A stretch of DNA of 63,942 nucleotides, the filler included, from Aduncisulcus paluster (lineage: Eukaryota): the NCBI GenBank assembly GCA_024181965.1. It is 7 parts of 7 records of this genome, joined end to end, with 100 filler letters (N's around TTAATTAATTAA, not from the genome) between each part and the next. Parts side by side here need not be neighbours in the genome. Positions count along the whole stretch, not along the records: positions 1 to 16,158 come from BQXS01010886.1; positions 16,259 to 24,152 come from BQXS01010887.1; 5 more parts are not named here. One strand, given 5' to 3'. The position numbers and the translations under genes are program-made. This document shows, one piece after another, positions 11,164 through 22,302 of the stretch. The stretch's first letter is position 1. The number at the start of each line of letters is the position of its first letter. Below the pieces are notes generated by a model. That model worked only from the letters and a program-made list of their open reading frames with translations, ran no database searches and was not told the DNA's origin.

Positions 11164-11602
11164 ATGTCTTCTTTGAAAATAGTTCAAATCAACAAAATCT
11201 AGTCATTTACTGTAGTCTACAGTTGTAGAATTGAGGAAACAATCACATAAATTCGGGAGTATCACCCTCCTCTTGTTCAAGAACATAGTGTAAAAGTCGA
11301 CCCATAGAATTTCTGTTGATCAAGAGTTGATGACATCAGTATGAGTGCCCTCAGATGTAGAACAAGAAAGGGAAGAAGAAAATCAGATGTGAAAACATTG
11401 TAAAAAATGAAATAAAAATCAAAATTACAGTAAACAAAAACCACTTGTCTAACCATAGATAATGTAACAACATTAATAATTAAAATAACACAAAAATAAT
11501 ATAAAATTATAATAATGTAAAAAGACAATAAGAGTTACAAACAGATTTGATGATGGGATTGAAATCTTTTTTCTTCGTTTTTGTGCCAATTTCTAAAATA
11601 TT

Positions 11603-13314
11603 CTATTGACCTCGTGTGGCTTCAAATTTCTTCCCATTGATTTCTCCAATAATTCTGTCAAGACCAATCAATCTTGCATTTCCATGGCCAAGTCTCTTGA
11701 CTTCAGAAGTCTTTTCAGATCTCTCCAAAATATCAAAAGTGACCGTCAAGCTACCAAGAGTCTCACGGAATGTACAGTTAAGATCCAAAATACTTGGACC
11801 CCACTGGAATTGTGCATGATCATCCCTGAAAGCAAGGCGAGAATGAACATTATTCATTCCTTCAAATTCAATAACGTTCCACACACCATTAAAGGTTGGC
11901 TCAGACCTTGGCTCAGGTCTGGCTGGTTCAGGCCGAAGCTCAGTTCTTGTCTCTATCTTGGGTTCTGTTTTAGGTTCTGTTTTAGGTTCTGTTTTAGGTT
12001 CTGTTTTAGGTTCTGTTTTAGGTTCTGTTTTAGGTTCCCTTTTAACACCATGGTGAGAAGGAGATCTCCTCCCAAGGTCCCTCACTCTCTCTCTTGCTTC
12101 TTGATTAAGATCAGAACGCACGCTGTCATTGGTTGTGTCATCAGAAGTCTGAGAACAGTGTCGATGAGAGGATTCCCTTGTTTTGGGATNNNNNNNNNNN
12201 NNNNNNNNNCAGTTCTTGTCTCTATCTTGGGTTCTGTTTTAGGTTCTGTTTTAGGTTCTGTTTTAGGTTCTGTTTTAGGTTCTGTTTTAGGTTCTGTTTT
12301 AGGTTCCCTTTTAACACCATGGTGAGAAGGAGATCTCCTCCCAAGGTCCCTCACTCTCTCTCTTGCTTCTTGATTAAGATCAGAACGCACGCTGTCATCG
12401 GTAGTGTCATCAGAAGTCTGAGAACAGTGTCGATGAGAGGATTCCCTTGTTTTGGGATCATGGAGATGGTCAGGCTCATCCAAGCTAGAAATTGTCCTAC
12501 GCTTGCTTCCTTTCTTTGGAAATGATATTTTATCGTCAGCCCAATCTTGAAGCTCTTGAGACCACCCATCTTCTCCAACTTTGTGAGCAATTTTAAGATC
12601 AGAACGATATTTTGAGGAAGCTTTTCGATAGCTATTCATTGCGGTTTTTACACGGCTCAACAGATCAGAAATCAGCATTGTAACCTCACTTTCTTCACCT
12701 AATCCCCTGAGATACTCACGTTTCTTCTGTTTTAAAACGTCCATAATGGTTTCATGACGAAATTCGGATGTGTCTTTGGAGATGTCCTTCAATTGTTGTG
12801 TAAGTATCAAAAATGAAGCATGGTCAACAATAGGATTGAATGATTGTCCATATGACGCAATCGTTGATTCCATTAACTTGACCTGAGATGGTGTCATCAG
12901 AGTTGGATTGGTGACATTCTGGACAAACTTATCAATTCCATCAATCTTCTTCGTAATTTTGCGGACATCTTTTTTAATTTCTTGGATACTCTGAATTTCT
13001 CCAAATAATTTATCGATACGGGCGGAGATATGACCAAGAATAGCTTTCTGAGATAAACCGTCCAAAGAAGTGGGTTCACCTGTCTTAGCGACATCTGAAG
13101 CAAGAGAAACTGATTCTAATGGTGGACATGTTCCATCAACTCCATCACGAAGCACGTCAATACGAAGATTCTTCTTATCCCACCTGAGAATCATTCTCTC
13201 GTCAATATCGAGGAAATCATTCTTTGTACTTCCTTGAGGGTATATCAAAATAAACCCACGCTTTAATGTTTTATGTGTTTTACGAAGAGGATTAGAGAAA
13301 AAGTGAATGGGCAA
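11603..13314 (-). CDS. Hypothetical protein with coiled coil, (PKTE)n repeat and C-terminal beta-barrel-like domain; interrupted by an N gap
   Basis: ORFs 12082-13314 and 11603-12121 share the duplicated segment around the N20 gap. The frame stays open upstream to ~13482, so the true start is unclear. Confidence 0.6.
11961..12032. repeat. Tandem 12-bp repeat (GGTTCTGTTTTA)x6, encoding PKTE on the - strand; second array at 12230-12301
   Basis: Read directly from the sequence. Confidence 0.95.
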
Positions 13315-13761
13315 CCAATCTTTGGGAATTACAGACCAGATTTTTTCCTCAAAACTATCTTTTGGACGAATTTCAACAGAAATTTCATTCCTTTTACCTT
13401 CATCGCCGTCAATTAAGGCTCGAGAAGAAGACTGGCTTTGTGCCAGATAGTTATAGTAAAAGATAACACAGACTGCTGCATATTATTTTAATACGAAAGA
13501 TAAAATTACTCTAGACAAAAGTAATACAGAAAAGATCGGAATACACTGTAAGCAAATGTCACGACAATTGCTACCTCATTTTTTTGAACAAAACTAAGCA
13601 GATATTATACAAATATCTATTTTAACAATTGAAGAAAATTTTATAATTTTCAATAATTATGTGCAATTCCTATAATTTCACCCTTTACAACATCAATCAT
13701 TCTATCCAATCAAATAAAGCACTGACGACGTCATTTTATAATTTTTATTCTATATGGAGTA

Positions 13762-14583
13762 TTATAAATATTTTTCAATTATGTTCTTAGAAACAATCTT
13801 GGTCATAGCAACAATTTCATCGAGATCTTCGGCCAAATCTTCAACATCTTCCATAGACTGTCTTCCTTCTTGTAAAGCATCAACTAATCTCATGCAATCA
13901 AGTCCAATACGCTCAATAACCTCACTTTTGTCCCCCTTTTCTCTGTCCTGGAGGAATTTTATGGCGTGATTGAGTCCATGTTTAACAATGGTTTCAGAGT
14001 CGCTAGATTTGAGACCCAAACGAGGTTCTTTCATTACAATATCACTTCCATTATCAACAATGGAGGAAATTACAGACAGAGAAATCACCTCAGAGTCTGA
14101 ACCGACGATCTTATAATCAGCTTCGAAAATAACAACTCCGAGAGTCTTATCAAAAGATCCAATACGATGGACAACATATGATTTGGGTTTCACGATTCCT
14201 TTGTTTTCTGAAGGTTCGGGAGAAGGACGGAAATCAAGGAAACAAATAATTGATCCGTCAGCTTCTTTTATGAATTCTTTGGCAATTTTCTCGATAATTT
14301 CCTCAGAAGAAGCCTTTGAGGCCTCTCCAGACACATAAAATCCAACCAATGATTCGGTACTATGGCTAGCTTCATGAAGTCCTTTCATTTTCAACAAAAA
14401 TTCGTTCGAAAAACCCTTTTCATTATCATATATGCATGGGAAAGTTGAAGTAACTTCAATTTCACCAGAAGCTCTTTGATTTCCACACAAAGCACCAACA
14501 GAAAGATCAGAGGTATCACGACGACGAGAATCGTGAACAGCAACCTCGATAAAGGTTTGAGGATGTATTAAATTAAGAATCAT
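13762..14583 (-). CDS. MPN(-)/JAB domain protein, eIF3f-like (or CSN6/Rpn8 family)
   Basis: IHPQTFIEVAVHDSRRR...VGALCG...IEVTSTF...FLLKMKGLH...ESLVGFY matches the MPN- pattern. No JAMM HxH motif. Confidence 0.75.
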   Translation of the reverse strand: MILNLIHPQTFIEVAVHDSRRRDTSDLSVGALCGNQRASGEIEVTSTFPCIYDNEKGFSNEFLLKMKGLHEASHSTESLVGFYVSGEASKASSEEIIEKIAKEFIKEADGSIICFLDFRPSPEPSENKGIVKPKSYVVHRIGSFDKTLGVVIFEADYKIVGSDSEVISLSVISSIVDNGSDIVMKEPRLGLKSSDSETIVKHGLNHAIKFLQDREKGDKSEVIERIGLDCMRLVDALQEGRQSMEDVEDLAEDLDEIVAMTKIVSKNIIEKYL

Positions 14584-14914
14584 TTATCGTAAAGTGAGTG
14601 CTTCTCGTACTTCCCAAGAAAGACTGAGAGCATATGATTGATTGAGAAAATTGTCGAAATCAGAAATGTCGCGAATGAATTATTAATCTAAGGTTATCAA
14701 TCTGTTATATTTATATTTTCTTCTTCTTATTAACAGACGGTGGAATAGTTTAGCTTTTCTCTTCATTCACTGGTTGTAACCTATTATTTAGATGAAATTA
14801 AGTATTAATTCTTTATATCTTATACAACGATGTTTATTATTTCGAGGATTCGGCCTGAGGAGAAGATATAACAAATTTTCCTTCTGTTTTGCCACATCTA
14901 GTTTACAAAACGAT

Positions 14915-16158
14915 ATGTCCGAACCTCCAAATCTCGAATCGTTAACATATGAATATCTTTCTCCCTTTGAAAAAGAAGAATATCTTTTCAAACAAGGAGG
15001 AAAAAGGAAAGTGTGGAGAAAGCGTTGGTTTGCCTTAAAAGATGGCTGGTTGTATTATTTCAAGAATCAGCGTGATCTTAGGGAATCTCCTTCAGGAGCC
15101 ATTAAGGTTTATGATTCTATTGTTGAATCCTGTCTCATATCTGGAAAGACGAATACTTTTTCGATCAAAACATCGGATCGAACCTATTTTCTTCATGCTG
15201 AATCTCGTGCTCCTAAAGACCAATGGATCAAAGATCTCCTTGCTATCTCAGATTATGGAAAACCACTTACATTAAACCTTGCTATGACAGATGCCCCGAC
15301 TTATAGAATTGAATTAAAAGGCATGAAATGTAAGGAATGTGCCGATCTTGCGTATGATGCGTGTTCTCTTATTGAAGGTTTTGAGTTTGCTGAATCTGAT
15401 ATTGCCAATTGTGCATTCGATGTCTGGGGATCATTCATCTCATCCGCACCACTTCTGGATGCCCTTCGTGAGGTCGGTTTTGTGCCCAAAACACGCGGTG
15501 AGAGACATCCCGATGCTAAGATAACTGGGGATTATATGAAACGGAAGGCTGCCAGAGATTTGGCTAAACCTTCGATTTTAAATATGCAAGAACAAGACAA
15601 ACAAAAAATACAAGAAATTCAGGAAAAAAATGCGGAAGAAGAGCGTATATTGAAGGAAAAAGAAGCCATTGAAGCTGAACTTCAGAAGGAAGCTGAACGC
15701 AAAGCCAAAATGAAGAAATATGAAGAAGAAGAAGAAGACGACGGATTTGCCGATGATCTATTATTGGATCTTGATCTGGCTCCGAGTGAGAAAGAAGAGG
15801 AACCCGTTGTGCCTGTTAAAGGTGAAGATGGCGAGGAGACCGAGGATGAGACTTTTAGCGATGATGATTTGGTGCTTCAAATATTGACTCCCGAAGAAGA
15901 GAGGAAAAAGAAGGAATCTGAGGAGCAAAAGAGGAAAGAAGAAGACGAGAGGAAGAAGAAGAAGACGACGGATTTGCCGATGATCTATTATTGGATCTTG
16001 ATCTGGCTCCGAGTGAGAAAGAAGAGGAACCCGTTGTGCCTGTTAAAGGTGAAGATGGCGAGGAGACCGAGGATGAGACTTTTAGCGATGATGATTTGGT
16101 GCTTCAAATATTGACTCCCGAAGAAGAGAGGAAAAAGAAGGAATCTGAGGAGCAAAAG
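14915..16158 (+). CDS. PH domain + HMA (GMxCxxC) domain + coiled-coil/acidic repeat protein; 3' end broken at contig end
   Basis: PH: KEEYLFKQGGKRKVWRKRWFAL...RTYFLHAES...QWIKDL. HMA: YRIELKGMKCKECADLAYDAC...LLDALREVGF. Likely start is MSEPPN at 14915. Confidence 0.8.
15737..16158 (+). repeat. 227-bp tandem duplication running into the linker
   Basis: GACGACGGATTTGCC starts at both 15737 and 15964. The period is not a multiple of 3. Confidence 0.85.
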
Positions 16159-16258
16159 NNNNNNNNNNNNNNNNNNNNNNNNNNNNNNNNNNNNNNNNNN
16201 NNTTAATTAATTAANNNNNNNNNNNNNNNNNNNNNNNNNNNNNNNNNNNNNNNNNNNN
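16159..16258. other. Artificial contig linker N44-TTAATTAATTAA-N44 (also 24153-24252, 30433-30532, 42738-42837, 49812-49911, 59535-59634)
   Basis: The same 100-bp structure with six-frame stops occurs six times. Confidence 0.98.
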
Positions 16259-17218
16259 CATGCTTTAATTTCTGATAATCGTGAATTAGCTCTCAAGTTG
16301 GAAGAAAAAGAGTTTGAGCTTAGACTTTTGAAGGATAATTACGATCATTTGCTTCTCGTTCGAGGTTCTTCTTCTTCCCCTCTTCAACCGTTCACCTTGG
16401 CTTCAGACCCTTCGTCCGATCCATCCTTGCCCACAATGGATGTTCCCTCAGCGCGGGGAATATCTTCTTCATCTCCACGGATTTCTTTCTCTTCTTCCGG
16501 CAATGTTATTCCTTTACTCTCCACTCTTGATATCCCTCACCCTCACCCTCATCCTCATCATCCTCAGCAGGTGCAACAACGTCGTTCCCATAGTTTCAGT
16601 CACTCAAGAAATTCAATTGCTCAGAGAGAAACCATATCACAGAGTGAAGAAAAGATGATGGTTCCTATGGCTGCCCGTTCACTTGACATTAGCGGATTAA
16701 AACCAGACCTGTCCATTCCACTCTTGCCTACGCTCTCATTCTCTTCTTCTTCACCTCAAGGCCACTCACATACACAATATTCACAGGACCCAACTGTACA
16801 TAAAAAAGAAGAAAGTAATTATTCCAAATTGCAGTCCGAGGTCAAGTTATTGCGATATCGCCTGAACAGTGTTCTCAGAGATCTCGAATTCTATCAGCAA
16901 CATCAAGGACATTTATCACTTTCTCCAAATCCTATGCGAAGATCTCTGTCAATCTCAAGTGCTGAACGATATGAGAGTGGTTCAAAACTCCCTGCTGAGA
17001 CGCCAGACGTGTTTTCTCTCGTAAATTACTGTGAAAAGGCCATTCGTCGACTTAGAACGGAATCTATTCCCATGTCAGAGCAAAAATCACTGACAAACAG
17101 CCTCCACATGAAGTTGTTACTGGTTGAACAAATGGAAAGGAAAGTTGGTCAAGGTCTTGGGGCTGCTTCCCTGAGAGTTATAAAACGAAAGTTACGAACT
17201 CATCTTGGATTTGAATGA
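16259..17218 (+). CDS. 3' part of a hypothetical coiled-coil, Ser-rich protein (5' partial)
   Basis: Open from the contig edge; coiled-coil segments MEEKEFELRLLKDNYD and YSKLQSEVKLLRYRL. Confidence 0.7.
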   Translation, partial: HALISDNRELALKLEEKEFELRLLKDNYDHLLLVRGSSSSPLQPFTLASDPSSDPSLPTMDVPSARGISSSSPRISFSSSGNVIPLLSTLDIPHPHPHPHHPQQVQQRRSHSFSHSRNSIAQRETISQSEEKMMVPMAARSLDISGLKPDLSIPLLPTLSFSSSSPQGHSHTQYSQDPTVHKKEESNYSKLQSEVKLLRYRLNSVLRDLEFYQQHQGHLSLSPNPMRRSLSISSAERYESGSKLPAETPDVFSLVNYCEKAIRRLRTESIPMSEQKSLTNSLHMKLLLVEQMERKVGQGLGAASLRVIKRKLRTHLGFE

Positions 17219-17718
17219 AAGTTTTATTCGAAAAAAGTTTGTGTCTTTTAATATGTAATCCGTGATTGCTAATCATGTAGTACATGTGACATGAGATTAT
17301 TATCGCCTTTAGTGCTTATAATTACAGTTGTTATTTTAAATGTCTTTTCCACTTCTTTTTTATTTGCTTTTATTGTTATTCAATAACACGAAGGCAGCCT
17401 TCGGAAGGCTTCGCCAATGTCCTGTCTTTAATAATTTTCGTTTCGACTCGAAAGACTCGGAGTCTTACGAATATTTGCATTGAATTTATGAATTATTTCC
17501 ACAAATAATCCTTTTTATTTAAATAGAATATTTCAAATTTATAAAAAGTAAACTGTCCACGTTCAATCCTCACAGTATACAGGTTTGTGAATAAATTAAC
17601 ATGGGCATATAGGAGATAAGCTGGGTTTTTTGATGGAAGCCATGCTTACTATGCATGTAGCACCTGTTGCTGTTGTTCAGTCAACCTTTGCCACATATAG
17701 AGGCTAAAAAGATCTTTA

Positions 17719-20700
17719 ATGTGCGGATTTATCTATGATGAATCAATTATTGAGTTGAAATCCTGTGTAGACCACGGTTGTCATCGTTATGTCGGAAGAT
17801 TGATAAAATCTGTTGGTGGTTATGCTCCTGGTTCTGATGTTTCTTTATATTGTTTTCCAGGACTTAAAAAGAACTTGATGACCGTTGATTTTATTGAATT
17901 TATCCATGATTATTGCATGAATGCAATTTCTTTTCAAGAAGTTATCCAGCGAAATGGTGCTGTCAATCCTTTCGTAAAAATTTTTGGAGTATTTAAGACA
18001 TCGAAGGCTGTTCCCAAGTCCAAAAGATTCTATGGAATTATCACTGAGCTAGTTGAGCCGGTTCTTCCCTTGATGAAAAATGAAATTGTTGAGTCACAAT
18101 CTCTCCGACCTTTTTATCAGACATTGAAGAATTTGAGTTCCATTATCCCACTATCTACTCTTTTGATAAGGTAATTCACCTCATTCTCAGCCTCCTCTGG
18201 TTTTCACGGGTATCTTAATCCATTCGAGAGTATTGTTCGTGTATTTCGAGATGGTAATGGGGACAAAACAACTTTTTCAAACCAGTGTGCCTTTTTGTTC
18301 CCCGGATTCCACGTTCAAGTAGCTCTTAATGATTTCGACTGTGAAGATGAAAGCTCTGGTCAAAAATGGAGTTTTAGTCTCAAAGAGCACAAAGATCTTC
18401 TGTCCCCTCGTTTTGTTCGGTCTGGTAAAATATCGTGGGCTTCCGAATGTCATAACATCCACCGAGTTATTTCCATTCTTGCCGATGAGTCTCAACGGGC
18501 CTTAAAGTCCCCAGATAGAGATTCCATGGACGTGTTCCTTGAGTCATGCTCTATTTCTGTTCTAACAGTCCGTGATGTCACTCTATCCATGCTTGAAAGT
18601 GTGTGTTCGGCTATGGAAATGAGCTCCAATCATTTACTCTTTCAGTTGGACAAGGAAAGTGCAGCAAAGACCTCTATTGACTCTAAATCAGAAGATCTTG
18701 GCACCACAAAAGAGGGAAAAGAAGTTGAGAAAGAAGAAGAAGAAACCAAATCTGGAGATGGGAGTATTGTTCCTCATCCCACTTATGATCGTTCCGACCG
18801 TAAAGTTTATTCAATTGATGAAATTGAAACCTTTCATGAAACGTTTGGTGAGAAATTTTTCTCTTCTGCGTATAAATTTGAGATGAAGCAAAAAGCACAG
18901 ACTTTTGTGACTCAAGTGCGCGCTATTGTTGACTGTCCTTCCTCCGAAGTAATACCAAGATGTCAAAAGTTGATGGTATTATTTCATTAGAATATCAAGG
19001 AAGAATTTTCCCTGTGGTCTGATGCAGATGTATGTGTATCCCCAGAACTTTATCCGGCCATAATTCCACCCCTTTCTCGTGCTCTATTTGAGTATCAATT
19101 CAAATCCATGCTTAACTCCATGCTCGCAAAGATGAATGTTCCCTACTATTTAACCAAGATATTATCGAGGCCTGATACCACTCCTGATACTATTGGTTTA
19201 GTTTATGTTCTTCGTGATTTCTGCTTTGATGAAGGAGAAGGTGCAATCTGGAATCAAATATTCCAATCCTTCATCGATCTTATGACTTCACCTGACCCAG
19301 AAGAAGAAGAAGAGGGTAAGGCTGCAGATGATTTCTTTGAATTTCTTATAAATGAACAGGCCAAGTTTAAACATCGCTCTCCTGAAATCATTCCAATCTC
19401 ACAGGCTGTAAAAGTGAAGAGCCTTGAACTGAAAGACAAGATGTGGATTCCTGAAGGAGAGCCGGTGATGGGTGAGGAATTCTTCCAGAAACAATCACAT
19501 CTTTGCAAAAACTTTGATGATATTCTCAAATTATTCCCCGTTATTCCTGAGCTTCAATTTAAACCCCTTTCAAAGGAGTCTCCATCCGATTTGAGCATTG
19601 TTTTCCCTGAAATCTCTCTTGTTTCCCAACTTGCAAAGATTGAGAGTTTTTTCTTTTCTTACCATCGAGTTGTTCTTGGAATTATTTTTGCAAATATTAT
19701 TGATATCTTTGACAATATTGAGCAACTCATGATTCCTGATAACATTCTGGAGGTTATAAAGTGGTTGTATCAAATGAGAGACACTGATAAAGGTTGTGGA
19801 TTTTTCAACACTCTTTTATTCGCTCGTGCAAACAAGGATCTATTCCTCGCCGCTCCTTCGGATTCCCCTAAGGTTAGCGATATGAAAAAAAGAATCCACC
19901 TGTTGATATTCGAGTCTCTGTCCTCGATGGGCACTTTTGCCGGAGTTGAGTATTGTTTGATCAAACCCATATTTCAACATTTAATGGATATTTTTCTCAC
20001 TATAGGCGATTCTGAATCCATAATGTTTGATATTGAAGCAACCACAAAATCTGGTTTGTTTTCATTTGCCTTTGACATATTACTTGATTATCCTGCCTTT
20101 GATGAAGCCCTTCTTTTATTTTTCAATGGATTTTTCCAGTTATGTTCGTTCTCTTGATCAAACATCCAGAGAAGGATCCAAAACATCCCTTACTCATGAA
20201 TCCTCTCCTGAACAGAAGCTCAAGATTTTGTCTCAGTGGCCTGCGTGCATCGAAGAGTGGGAAAATTTTAAACCGATTCTTCGTGAGGATGGTATGGACG
20301 ATTTAAAACTCTCGATGTGTCATATTGATCTTATTTCAGATCTTGAGTCGTTATCCTTGTCTCACTGGCTTAGTGGAAATCCCTTGAGTGCTTTCCAGAA
20401 GTATACTTTTAAGGAGATTGAAAACAGTGCGCTCCAGTTGATTAAAGCCACTCTAGAAGTTTTGGTTGAAGGAACAGTGACTCTTTCATCCGTGCCTGCG
20501 ATAGATCCTGAACTGATTGATGGCCTTATCCATGCCAAATCTCTTAACGTTCTTTCCTTTATAGGGAATGATATCAAGAACATCATCGAAGTTCAAGATT
20601 ATATCTTTACTTTGCTAGATCTGCTGAAAGAATATGAAATTACACCGTCTTCTGCTCTTCAGAAAGATATTTTTGACATTTGGTCCGATTACACAAAGAA

Positions 20701-21769
20701 AGGTTTGTCCCTTGGTTCTTTGGATCACTTTACAACTGATGAAAGAATTGAATTTATTTCTGCTGCTGGATATTATAGTTCACGGATTAATTCATTGTTT
20801 CTCAGCTCTCTACATGAACAGTTTCAAGGGTTAATGATTCCTCTTGAGTTAATCGGAGGTATTTTTGGAGGTGTTCCTCGTGTCGATTGGCTGGACCATC
20901 CCTCACAAGCGATTTCCAATGTCTTCGATCTCCTCCATACAGCCCGTGTTTCCTTGTTTGAATCTATATCCCTAATCGATATTCTAAAATATAATTTCCA
21001 AGGATTTCTTATATATAACATGGAGCCTGTTTCAGATTTTTATGGTTGCTTTGAAGAAATGACAGACCTAATCAGGGTTTTATTGGGGTTTCTTGTATAT
21101 ACTGATGAAGAATTTGTGATGGTTGCCAGGAGATGCTGGGAAGAAACCTCAGAAGAAGAAATTAAAATTCACAGCTCAAAGTTAGGAAAACTGTCCACGC
21201 TCAAAGATTCAATTGGACGTGAATACTTCTTTTTTATTAATGAAAAGATAGTGAGGGCGTATTCAAAACACTTATCCGTTCTTGATAAGAAATCTAAACA
21301 GATTGAAAAGGAAGCACAAGGAACTCTCAAGAAAATCCAAGAACTAGGTGAAAAAGAAGAAGCGGGGGAGGAAGAAGAAGAGGAAGAAGAGGAAGAAGAG
21401 GCACCAGTGTACGGTGTCTCAGATCTCAGTCTATTTGGAGCTGCTGGAACTTCTATGTATGAAAACCGTCATCGAACCCCGAGTGCTATATATGCTTCCC
21501 CTCAATTGACAATGTCAGCCTTGTGCTTTGTTCCTTTCTTTTTATTTTTGACAAAATATTCAATCCCATTGATTAATGCTGCGATAAAACACATGACTGA
21601 CGATGAAACATTGGTGTCTTCTTGGGGAAAATCCCTCGAAGCTATACTGGAATGGTCTGATCTTTTCTTTAAATCATCGGATGAAATCGGAAAAGATTTC
21701 AGTGAAGTGAAAGAGGCTTTGGAACCAATCAGAAAGTTGCTGATAACATCCACAAAAGACGAGGAATAG
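17719..21769 (+). pseudogene. Large disrupted gene: in-frame TAA (18172), in-frame TAG (18988) and a frameshift near 20100-20150
   Basis: ORFs 17719-18174, 18295-18990 and 19108-20157 are in one frame and read open directly across single stops. 20027-21769 continues in another frame. The N-terminal NPFVKIFGVFK...YGIITELVEP is kinase-lobe-like. Confidence 0.65.
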
Positions 21770-22302
21770 ATCTTTAAATTGATTGTTTGAGAAGAATGTC
21801 CAAAAATAGATATCTAGATTCTAGATGATTGATATGTTAAACAGCTGTTTATCTAGCATCGTAATTTCCTTCGGTTTGTTCACAAAGAACGGATCAGATT
21901 GGATCTAAATTTAGATTCTAAATTGACAGATCGTCTCGCACGAAATGAAACTTTTGAAAATAATTTTTATTTCCATTGGAAATTTTCCAACTTATTCTTC
22001 TATTTTTAGAATATCTATATGGCTCACTGAGATCTATCTAAAGTGAGACTTTCTTACAAATCAAGTATTTCACACCAAAATAATATTGTCTATATCATAT
22101 TGTCTATTCAGTCATTAGATCACAATCTATTGAAATTCTATAGAAAACAGAAACAATCTCAAGAATAAAAATTATTAAAAAAAAAAAAAAAAACTCCAAC
22201 AAGAAAAATGATTTCAAATATAACATTACAAAAACTAATTAATTAATCAATCTCTTCGTCTAAAACAAATCCAAGTCCTCCGTGAATAAACATTATCTAA
22301 AT

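Noticed and set aside
11961-12301. GGTTCTGTTTTA array as telomeric repeat or CRISPR
   Set aside because: It is an in-frame coding PKTE repeat with no spacers.
15737-16158. Programmed frameshift in the PH-HMA gene
   Set aside because: The 227-bp duplication joins at a GAA run at a contig end; a misjoin is more likely.
18171-18190. 20-nt GTAATT...CAG mini-intron removing the TAA
   Set aside because: Splicing shifts the frame into a stop within ten codons.
17719-20157. Genome-wide TAR=Gln genetic code
   Set aside because: pckA, PSMB5, beta-amylase and others terminate at TAA/TAG at the expected protein ends.
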